Source of the DNA: the human T2T-CHM13v2.0 reference genome, Homo sapiens
Length of the DNA: 64,000 nt
Assembly (NCBI RefSeq): GCF_009914755.1
Contig: NC_060926.1
Strand: one strand, 5' to 3'
Both the position numbers and the translations under genes were made by a program. The notes beneath the pieces are model-generated. The model was given only the letters and a program-made list of their open reading frames with translations, did no database searches and had not been told where the DNA came from. Positions 51,991-64,000 of this stretch are shown here, piece by piece. Position 1 is the stretch's first letter; each line of letters starts with the position of its first letter.

Positions 51991-52234
51991 TCTTCTAGAT
52001 CCATGAAAATTATGAGGTAGTAGAAATGTTTTCAATACAAGAAATACTTAATTGCCTCACAAATATATTTGGATCTTATGGGTCTGAACATACAGCATGG
52101 GTTGATAATGATCATTGAAGAATCACGTAACACAAGGATCAATTATTGTATGCCACACATAGATGGAGCTACATTGGATGTCACATGTTTATGATCAGGT
52201 AATGCTGCCTGGGATTCTTCAATAAGGCACACTG

Positions 52235-52996
<762 letters not shown>

Positions 52997-54243
52997 TTCA
53001 ATAAGGCACACCATTTTTAAAAAGCATATTATCACATAATAATATCAACGGCACCTATATAAATGACCAGTATTTTTCTAAGGCAGAGATTTAAAATTTT
53101 TTTAGAGCAAAAGTATAGGTAATATAGCTTTGAGGGTTTTTTTTTGTGTGTGTGAAACATCTATTAACATCCCATGGGACATGATAAATTGGTGAAATCA
53201 TGCTAATTTCACCTGAGATGCAAAAAAATAGCAAATACTCTGGCTGCCTTGGTAAAAGACATGTGCTCTAGAGTATAGCAGAAAGGCCATGAAAGATTCA
53301 GGGACCTGCTATGCTGATGAAGTTTTTAAGGGTCTAGTGCTCTGGAACATGGTTAGGATATTCCCTCCAAAGTAAAGGACAACCTATTGTACCTTAAAAT
53401 TCCTACCACTAAGAAAGAAAAATAGCACTTAGTAGATATCTTGGGGTTTTGGAAGCTGCATATTTCATACTTAGGAATACTGCTGTGACTCATTTATCAG
53501 TTGATACAGACATCACTAGCTTCGAGTGGGGTCCAGAGTGAAAACAGGCCCTATAGCAGGTTCAGACTATAGGACAAGCAGCCTTGCTGCTTGGCTCATA
53601 TAGTCTAGAAGATTGCATGATATCAAATATATCTGTGGCAGAGAAAGATGGAAAGATGCCATCTGGATTGTCCAGCAAACTCCCATGAGAAAGTGGCAGC
53701 ACAATACTTAGGATTCTAGAGGGAGGTCAAGGCATTTGCAACAGAGAATTATACACCATCAGTTCAAGAACAGCTCCTGACATGTTCCTGGGCCTTTGTA
53801 GAAATTGAGCCTCTGACCACAGGAAGTTAAGTAGCCATGAGGCCATGAGCTGGGTATTGTTAGAGCTAAGTCATAAGGTGGCAGGAGGGAGGAGAATGGG
53901 CTGGGCAGCAGAAATCTATCGTAAATGAAAGTGGTACACTGGAGACTGGGTCTATGCAGGTTGGGGTAGGGGGCAAGTAAGCCACACAGATAGATGGTCC
54001 TGACATCCATATCCCTTACCCCATTGTTCAATGCATCTTCCTCAGTTCACACCTATGGTCTTGGGCAGGAGGGAGGATGCTCCCTATGACCAGCTGACAG
54101 AGGAGGAAAAAGTTCAATCTTGGTTGATGCATAAGTCAGCTTAGTGGTAGCTGCAGGCCCAAAGTGGACTGTGGATGCACTACAGCCTCTCTCAGCATGG
54201 CCCTAAAAGACAGCAGTCAGGAGATCTCCCAATGGACACCTGG

Positions 54244-55064
54244 TGTGATATGATGTAATAAGATACACACATTTGGTCTCTGGCCCTGGTTTCTGGCACA
54301 CAACTCCTAAAACCCTTGGAATCTCCAGAATAAGAATGCTTTTGTATGCTAATGAGGTGACCGTTGGCTCCTAGATAGCTTCAGGATTGAGGCTGGTCAC
54401 CAGAAGACTTTCAGCCCACCCCTCAAACTCTGGAGACGGGAGAGGGGCTGAAGGTTAAGTTGATCACCAGTAGCCAATGATGTAATCTATCATGCTTACA
54501 TAATGAAGCCTCTATAAAACTCCAAACAAACAGGTTTGCAGAGCTTCAAGGTAGCTGAACACATGCCTGGAGGGTGGTGCACCCAGGTAGGGCATAGAAG
54601 CTCTGTGCCCCTTCTGTCCTGTACCTTGCCCTATGTATCTCCTCCATATGGCTGTTCATCCATATCCTTTGTAATATCTCTTAAAATAAACCAGTAAATG
54701 TGTTTCCCTGAGCCTTTCTAGTAAATTAATTGAATCTAACAAGGGGGTGGTGGGAACATTGATTTATAGTTAGAAGCACAGGTCACAACCTAGAGCTTGC
54801 AATTGGCATCTGAAGTTGGGGCAGTCTTGTGAGGCTGAGCCCTCAACCTGTGGGATCTAACTCCTGGTAGATAGTGTTAGAATTGAATTTAATTATAAGA
54901 TACCCAGTTGGTATCTGCTGGAGAACTGCTTGGTTGGTATGTGAGGAAAAATCCCCATATACATATTCGTGACTTCTCTCCATTCCATACACACAGGTGA
55001 AGTGTTCTGTGTTAACTGTATAGGAAAAGAAAAAGATACTTTGTTTTTTCCTATATCTCCTACA
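54244..55064 (+). mobile_element. MER21-like solo LTR
   Basis: tgtgatatg...ctcctaaaacccttggaatctcc...taca; near-TSD cctgg/tctgg. Confidence 0.7.
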
Positions 55065-55251
55065 TCTGGTCATTTTCTTTTTGTGGACAGAGCAGTTGCC
55101 TAAAGAAAGAGTAAACATAGACTTCTGGACTGTGGTGAATTGCTTGGCTGGCTTGTTAGGAACCTGAAAGAAGCAACATTGGAAGATCAGGGACAAAGAA
55201 CTTTGGAGAAAAGGTTTGTGGATGGATCTATGGGAGTGGCCCAAAGTGTGA

Positions 55252-55550
<299 letters not shown>

Positions 55551-56379
55551 ACGTGTGAGGATCTTTATATTGACCCCTTAATGCTCAGCAACGAGCTTTC
55601 ACTGCAAAAGAGGGGACTAAACAACTGAGCAATTAGGATCACTCAGCCAATGGATCTCAGCCTACTTCTGTCCTCAGCTAGCTCAGTGTTTGCACAATGG
55701 CTCATGAACGGTAACCGGGGTGGCAGGGATGGAAGTCATGCATGGGACCAACAGCATGGGTATCATCACACCAAGGCTATTTCCTGCTTTCCATAAATAT
55801 GTATGTGACCCAAATCTGATCACGCTTCTAGAACCAAATACTAGTTTACAGGGAATACAGAGGAGGGAGAGAAGAGAAGAACACTTAAGTCACACCAGAG
55901 GGATCCAATCGGGAAAATCCAAACTATGAGTAACTCCATAGGACAAATGCCTGAATTTCTTCAACAAATAAATTGTAAGATGAGATAGAGAGATTATAGA
56001 TTAAAAGACTATCTAAAAATTTATCAACAGATTGAAATGTGTGGTCCTTACTTGGATCATGATTTAAAAAAAAAAAAAAGGAAAAATTCTGACGTTTACC
56101 AAACAATTGGAAACATAAACCCCAAAGAGATATTTGATTATATTAAAGAGTTGTATTTAATTTGGGGGGTATGATAATAGTATTGTGATTATGTTTTGAA
56201 AAGAGAAAGAAATCTTAATCTTTTAAAGATACACACAGAAATACTTACGAATGAAATAATACAACGGTTGGGATTTGTTTCAAATAAAACTAGAAGGAGA
56301 ACTTGGGTGGGGTATAGATAAGGTATCACTGGCCAGGGGTTGATGGTTGTTGTCAGGGATGAATAATAGATAATTAGGG

Positions 56380-56790
56380 TGTATTAGTTCCTTCTTGCAC
56401 TGCTATAAAGAAATACTGAGACTGGGTACTTTATAAAGAAAAGAGGTTTAATTTGCTCATGTTTCCTCAGGCTGTGCAGGAAACACAGCAGCATCTGCTT
56501 CTGGGGAGGCCTCAAGGAGCTTACCATCATGGCAGAAGGCAAGCGGGGAGCCAGCACTCCACGTGGCCAGAGCAGAAGGAAGAGAGAGTGAGGCAGGAGG
56601 TGCTACTCACTTTTAAACAACGAGATCTCATGAGAACTCTATCACAAGAACAGCACCAAAGGGATGGTACTAAACCATTCATGAGGACTCCACCCCACAG
56701 TCCAATCACCTCCCACCAGGCCCCGCCTCCAACACTGGGGATTACAATTTGACGTGACGTTTGGTGGGGACACAGATCCAAACCATATCA
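56380..56790 (-). mobile_element. MST-family (MaLR) solo LTR
   Basis: tgtattagt...cagatccaaaccatatca with 5-bp TSD taggg. Confidence 0.88.
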
Positions 56791-58973
56791 TAGGGGTTCA
56801 TCATACTCTTCTGCCTCCACTTTTTACCTAATATAAATTCCCCACTGAAAAATGTTGTGTGATCTGGACCCATTTCCTCATCTGTAAGATATAGATCAAG
56901 GAGACACTCTTCAACCTCCCTCAGGGAATGTTATAAAAGTAGAACTAAGATAATAGATATGGAAGAAAAAGGGAAAAGTTAAAATTATTACGCAAATTTA
57001 AGTTAAATAATATCATAGATGAAATGCTAAGCAGGGCTTGACGTAAGCCAGTGAGCGTAATAATGGCAAGAACTTCCCCTCACCTCCCCACCTTCCGTCT
57101 AGACGGAATCTCTGGGATTCTTCAAACTGGACTCTGGGACTCTCTAAGCATCTTGCTGCTACTTTCTCCAAAACAGCTCTGCTTGTCTGTTTGTTATAAT
57201 GGGTTCAGGACCCAATTAAGACTTTCAAAGCCCTGAATACTGATTACTGCCAAGGTTGTGGTGCCCCCGTTCCTACATACAGCTTGTTTTTAATTGCTTC
57301 CATGAAAGTAACTCATTTTCAGGTATGCCAATTGAAAGATTTCAGCTCATTTATTCGAATGGAACTTCTCTCTCTCCTTTTCCCTACTTTGCTGAGGCTC
57401 TGAGGATGTGCTTTGTATGCTTTTTGGGTAGTCACAGCATTGATTGGGTTTCACAGAATATTTCATTTAAAAAGGAGGTTTCACTGCTTAAACTTTAGAT
57501 CAAATCAGATGTCTATTTAATCCTCTCTCCAATAGCTCACCAAGCATTTCTCCAGTCTTGGCTTAAAAACCTTCCATACAGGAGATTTACGCTCTCCACA
57601 GAGCGACCCTGGCACCTCTTCCGATGTTTGTTAGAAAGTCTTACATCCAGGCCAAACACCTTCAGTTCTTCCTCTGCCCTCAGGCCTCCACTGAGTAGAT
57701 TTAATCCCTCTTCCACTGTCTGGCCAGCTCAGCCAGGCATACGGCCAAGTCTTTGGAGTCAGCCTGTCCCTTCTCCTTCTCTCCCACCCTGACTCCACAG
57801 TCTCCTCAGTTAGCTACAGTAATAGTAGCCACAATGGACAGAACTCGCCACGTGCTAGGTACCAAAGTCACACAGCTGGAGGGTTTTAGCGCAAAGTACT
57901 AGTTTCTCTGATTCTGGGGTCCATGTTACTAGCCTCTACATTATGATTTTAACTTCTTATCTAGTATAAAACAGCCTCAAAGTGCTGCCTCCTGAAAACA
58001 TTCAGAGAATAATAGAATAGAAAAAAATTCTCAGGTACTCTCTGGCCTTTGACAATGGAGCATTGCCTACAACCTGAAATATTGAATCAAGAAGTCTCCA
58101 TTGTGAATCTGAAGTCCTTCTGAGTTGGGTAAACGTGGTGGATCTGGTCTGCTTCTCCTTTAAGGGGACATCCCTTGGTATGGACAGAGCTGAGGCCACT
58201 GTGACCTGTGGCAGCAGGGAGGGAGGAGTCCTTGGATCTACTGAGTGCTCTTTGGATGTCACTGAAGTCTGCAGTGATCCATGGTGGCATTTGTCCTGTA
58301 GGAAGTTCATGACTGGGGTATTGAATGGGAGTCATTGACACCTCATTAAAGTCCAGGGAGGTGGTGGCATCTGGTTGTCTAGCTTCAGTCCCTGTCAGCA
58401 CTCTGGCTGCAAGGAAGGCTGGGTAAGCAATTTCTTGGGTTTCTGCCTCCTTAGTGTGAGATGGGCTCTTTTCAATAAGATTCATAAGGTGGGGAATTTC
58501 TATAACATAGGAAGGAGGATCAAAGCTAAGAACTGACAAAGGTCTATACTCCCAAAGTCGTGATAGTCCGCAGGCCTCTTCATTTAATGAATCAACAAAT
58601 ATTTACAGAGTCCAAGGTCCCTGTAAAGCACAGTGAATGGAAGGTGACTGTCACGTTAGCCCAAACCTCAGACCTCCAAGAGCTCAAGGGTTCTCAGATT
58701 CTATATGCACCAAGCCCCAACATGGCTCTATTTTTAAGACCAGGGTAAGAGTTGAGAGTGGAGGAGGATTAAAGTGACTTGCCCTATCCTCACAGATTTA
58801 GGATGCCTAGCTAAAATTCCCAAACCCTCATCCTACTGCAAAACTTACACAGGGCTATCAAGGTGGTATTTCTAAAACATATATAAAATTGCATCATCTC
58901 CACAGCTCAGAAATCATGGATGAATCTCCATTACCAGGAGAATAGCCATTCATTATTCACTCATTCATTCACT

Positions 58974-59401
58974 TGTTAATTTCAAGCTAAAATCTGGCCT
59001 GAGAAAGCCTCTGTACTCCTACACTTGGGTTCTTATTGTTGAACCATAACCTAATTTAGTGGGTAGGCAGACTGAAAACCTAATTTAGGAGTATGCCTCT
59101 GTAACAATAGCTAAGTCTCAGCCAACCCCAGCAGTCATACTTCAATCACTCACAGGCAGCCAACTGTTCAAATCACATGCAAATAAGACAAATGCTGAGC
59201 TGTAAACACTGTGGCTGTTTCTGTACCTGGTCATTTTCTGTCTGCCACTTTCCTTTTTCTATTCATAAATTTGCTCCCACCACGTGGCAACACTGGAGCC
59301 TCTCTGAACCTATTCTGGTTTGGGAGGCGGCCTGATTCACTCGTTTTTTTGCTCAATTAAGCTCTGTTAAATTTAATTTGTCTAAGGTTTTTCTTTTAAC
59401 A
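58974..59401 (+). mobile_element. MER57-like ERV1 solo LTR
   Basis: tgtta...ctctgttaaatttaatttgtctaaggtttttcttttaaca with 4-bp TSD cact. Confidence 0.72.
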
Positions 59402-59471
59402 CACTCAAAGTTTATTGGTGCCTATTATGTACCAGTTACAGTGCCAGACACTTGAGATCTAAAGATGAAAG

Positions 59472-59852
<381 letters not shown>

Positions 59853-61129
59853 CTATAAACCCAATTGCATCTGGAGAGACAGGACCGCATGCATCAGAGT
59901 ATGCACGGTCCCTCTTGCTGAATTGCCCTCCTGAGTACAGCAAATTAACCCCACTCCCATTACCACTCCAATCCATGTATCCTGCTAAATCCTGAGCTGC
60001 TTTCACATCAATATAGACTCTTCACTGGGAGACTCTCCATGTTCCTCTGTGTGTCCTGAATGCTGGAATCTCCTGGAGACCTGTGTGGGGAGAGAGGAGG
60101 TGGGGCCCACGGCATTTTTATTGTTTGTCTTCTTCAGTTTCTAACAGAGCAACTCCTCTGATTTCTCTTTAAAAAAATCAGCATGTGTTCAGTAATGTCT
60201 TTTGGGAAGATTAAAACACATTTTAATTTTTTCAGTGCCTCAGTGTGATGGGGTTGCTCCCCAAAGCCACACTGACCCTGCCCTGCACCTCGTAGGCACC
60301 GAGTGACCATCTGTGAGGTTTGTTTGGCGGCTCACCTCCCATCTCAGTCCTGCCTGCTCACGATAGGACTCTCCAAGTTGGGGGCTCCCTACGCCAGCTC
60401 AGAGCTTAGGAAGAGCTTTGCTGCTTGGGAGATGCTCCGCCTCCATCCTCTCTAGTGAGGAATCTGGGCCCAGAAGATAAAATGGTTTTCTACCTGATGA
60501 AACTTGCTGCTTCTCAGATTGGCCAGCAAGCTTTGGTTTCTGGCCAAGTCCACGGTGGGCTTCCCTGCTTTGATGTGGTTTTGCAGGGAAAACATCCGCA
60601 AATGAGCAACAACCAACAGAGCCGCTTTTCTCTCTTAGTCCACCTTGAGTTTTTGAAAAGCAGTGCTAATTAGCCTCTTGGAGTTGGCTGGGGCTGGGAG
60701 GCCACAGCACCTCTAGAGGAGGGAATGGGTGCAGGCATCAGAGCCTGAAAATCTGAATACATTTAAGTTACTTTAGGATTTCCAAACAGTTACCCAAACT
60801 GTCACTGGTGGAAAAGGGGAAGATGAAGAATTTAGAATTAGGAGACCTGGGTCCTAAATCATTCATGCTCTACCTCTCAGTCAAGTATCTATTAATATCT
60901 ATCCATGTTAGATATTAATCAGGTAGAAATGCCAATTCAACAATAAGACAAGAGGATTGTTCTTTGATATTAGAGGCAAAGCACATTACTCAATTATTGT
61001 TGCAAAAGGCTTTTCATTGTATCAGATATACTTTATATCACAATGGCAATAACAATATTGCCTATGAACGAATTTAATATTTAAAATATTTTAATTTGTC
61101 TTCTTTAGATTATGCAGAACTTTAAAAAA

Positions 61130-61720
61130 AAACTTGTAAATTTTGAAGTAAATGTAGATTCATAGGAAGTTGCAAAAAAAGAGTATATAGGGAGGTCCCA
61201 TGCACTTTTCACCCAGCCTCCCCCAATGTTAACATCTTGCATAACTAGTACACTATCAAAACCAGGAAATTGACTTTGATACAATCCATAGAACTTGTTC
61301 ATATTTCACCAGTTTTGCAAGCACTCATTTGTGTACATGCATGTATATAGTTCTATGCAATTTGATCGCATGATTAGCTTTGTATAACCACCTCCGCAAT
61401 CAAGATACACAACTGTTTCATCACCTTAGGGGTCCTTCATGCTATCCCTTTGCAGACTCACGCTTTCTCCCCTGACCCCAGTCCCCAACTTCTGGAGACC
61501 ACTGGTCTGTCTTGATAGTTCAAGAATGTTGCATAACTGCAATCACACAGTATGTAACCTTTCAAAATTGGCTTTTTCCCCCAACTCAGTTTAATTAACT
61601 TGAGATCCCAGGCAAGTTTTTGTGTTTATCAATAATTGCCACCTTTTCCTTGCTTAGTTGTATTGGTGGCATGGATGTACCACAGTTTGTTTAACCATTC
61701 ACCCATCGAAGGACACTGGG
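61130..61720 (-). mobile_element. Old L1 (L1MC/MD-like) 3' fragment
   Basis: ttttgaagtaaatgtagattcataggaagttgcaaa and ggatgtaccacagtttgtttaaccattcaccc patterns. Confidence 0.65.
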
Positions 61721-62169
61721 GTTGCAATTATCCTTTATAAAGGAAAGGAATCATTTATTGATTCATTCAGTGAACATTTATGGAGTTGCCCTTGTGTGCC
61801 AGGTGCTGCAGTGTGTACTGGTGATGTAGCAGTAAGTGAGAGAAGACCACAGACCCATAAACAAAGAGGATGATTGCAGGGGATGTTAAGGGATATGAAA
61901 GAAACAGACAGACCAAGTGGAGAATTACCAGAGTACATGACTCCTTCAGACAGGAGGTGGATGGAGGCCCTTCTGAGAAAGCAACATTAAAATTGAGACC
62001 TGAATGATACGGAATCAACTCTTCCAAAAGTCAAGAGTTTTGTTTTCATTATTTGTATACATTTATGGGGAAAAGCTCTTGACATATGTATATGTGTAAA
62101 GAGTTTATATATATGTATATACTATACACACACACACGCACACACACACACACATATATATATATATGT

Positions 62170-62295
62170 ATTTATTTATTTTTAGAGAGGGCACCTCACT
62201 ATGTTGTCCAGGCTGGACTTGAACTCCTGGGCTCAAGTGATCTTCCCACCACAGCCTCCCGAGTACCTGGGACTACAGGCCACTATGCTGAGCTT
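62170..62295 (-). mobile_element. FLAM-like monomer preceded by a TA/CA repeat
   Basis: ctcactatgttgtccaggctgg...gactacaggc. Confidence 0.7.
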
Positions 62296-62749
62296 GGAAA
62301 GAACTTTTAGGCAAGGGGAACAGAGAATGCAAACATCCTGAGTGGGGCATAAGCCTGATTATTGAAGGAATAGAAAGGAGGCCAGGAAGGCTGTGGCCAA
62401 TGTGAAGGCAGGGGTAGGAGTGGGGAGAAACAGGCAGGGGCAGCTCGGGCTGCAGGGCTGTAGTCTGCAGGGAGGAGTTGGGATTTTATCCTAAGGATAT
62501 CAAGCAGGGGGAGGCATGATACCATTAATGTTTTTAAAAGATCACTCTAGACTTTATTGTCTAGAGACAAGCTCTATTTTAAGCCCCTGGGTATAATTTC
62601 ATTAAGTGACGGTTCATTTATTATTCACAAACCCTTGAACAAAAATTGAGTGAGAACAGCCTCTGTTGCCACTAGCCATGTGGAGCTACCTTTCCTCCCA
62701 GTCCAGTGGGAGCCGCTGGAGGAGACACCAAGTCAAGTCAAACTCAACT

Positions 62750-63000
62750 CCTCTCCTGTCCTCTCCTCCCCTCCCTTCCGCTCCCTTTCCTTTCCTTTCC
62801 TTTCCTTTCTTTCCTTCCTTCTCTCTCTCCTTTCTTTCTCCCTTCCTTCCTTCCTTTCTTTCCTTCCTTCCTTCCTTTCTTTCTTTTCTTTCTTTCTCTT
62901 TTTCTCTTCTCTTTTTCTCTTCCCTTTCTTTCTTTCTTTCTTTCTTCTTTCTTTTTCTCTCTCTTTCTTTCTTTCTTTTTCTTTTCTTTCTTTCTTCTCC
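62750..63000 (+). repeat. Pyrimidine-rich (CCTT/CTTT) simple repeat
   Basis: Read directly from the sequence. Confidence 0.93.
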
Positions 63001-63180
63001 AAAGCAAAAAGCTCAGCAAACATTTATTTGCCAAATGCTTCCTTTGTAGATACCCTCATTGTATTTCACTTGGACTCCTGGAGAACTTGCTTCCCTCCTC
63101 CCACCTCTTGCTGTTCATGGACCCACCACCCTCTATGCCCCAGTCAATGCCTGGGTGAGAGAAGGCAAAGGGGATAAACA

Positions 63181-63487
63181 GGCTGGATGCGGTGGCTCAC
63201 ACCTGTAATCCCAGCATTTTGGGAGGCTGAGGTGGACGGATCACCCAAGGTCAGTAGTTCAAGACCAGCCTGGCTAACATGGTGAAACCCTGTCTCTACT
63301 AAAAAATACAAAAAATTAGTCAGGCATGGTGGTGTAAGCCTGTAGTCCCAGCTACTCAGGAGGCTGAGGAACGAGAATCACTTGAACCCAGATGGCGGAG
63401 GTTGCAGTGAGCTGAGATAGCACCACTGCACTCCAGCCTGGGTGACAGGGTGAGACTCCATCTCAAAAAAAAAAAAAAAAAAAAAAG
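63181..63487 (+). mobile_element. AluS
   Basis: Full dimer with a long A tail. Confidence 0.9.
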
Positions 63488-63823
63488 AAGGATGAGCAGA
63501 CAGAAGACAAGGGAGGCACTCTACCAGGCCCCCGGGAGCTTTGAGTAAGCTTTGGGGATTGGAGATGGGGTTAGGATGCACACACATATACAGAAAGAGG
63601 ATGAGAGTGAGAGTGAGAACAAGGAAAGATCAGAGTGGGCTGACATGGCAGACAGGAAGACCATGCACTGGGCGGCGGGAGGCTGGGTGTCCAGTCCTCT
63701 CCTTGGCAGTGAGGAGCAGTCACCTTGCCCCTCTGGACTTGGGTTCCTAATTTGTGGCCTGTATATTCTGATCAGAGGTCACTTACTAGCCTCAGAACAA
63801 GTCAGTTCAAGACCAATACGCTG

Positions 63824-64000
63824 GGCCGGGTGAGGTGGCTCGTGCCTGTAATCCCAGCACTTTGGGAGGTCAAGGCTGGTGGATCACCTGAGGTCAGGAG
63901 TTCGTGACCAGCCTGGCCAACATGGTGAAACTCTGTCTCTACTAAAAATACAAAAATTACCCAGGTGTGGTGGCGGGCACCTCTAATCTCAGCTACTTCG
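63824..64000 (+). mobile_element. AluS, cut by the window end
   Basis: ggccgggtgaggtggctcgtgcctgtaatcccagc... Confidence 0.9.

Noticed and set aside
62650-63177. Hydrophobic Phe/Leu/Ser ORFs resembling membrane proteins
   Set aside because: Translations of the CTTT/CCTT repeat

Overview
Primate (very likely human) genomic DNA. It contains one complete protein-coding gene, THNSL2 (threonine synthase-like 2), on the + strand. The gene has a CpG-island promoter and a non-coding exon 1 at about 17.6 kb, then eight GT-AG coding exons (20399-34148) that join into a 1455-nt ORF (484 aa, PLP-lysine motif FKD), and an AATAAA at 34631. The rest of the window is repeat-rich non-coding DNA: Alus, L1s, Tigger/hAT fossils, MaLR/ERV LTRs and an ERV-L pol remnant. 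I found no convincing new multi-gene system. The most notable signals are: (1) an alternative exon in intron 8 that can be read in three frames, one giving a 247-aa Cys-rich-tailed product that matches my recollection of the SOFAT isoform; (2) a 1258-nt pure-pyrimidine tract followed by (TG)n in intron 5, with a complementary ~660-nt purine tract downstream; (3) a (CGCGCCC)8 repeat abutting the exon-1 donor; (4) unannotated-looking strong splice sites; (5) a readable order of nested transposon insertions. Repeat subfamily calls are by eye and their boundaries are approximate.
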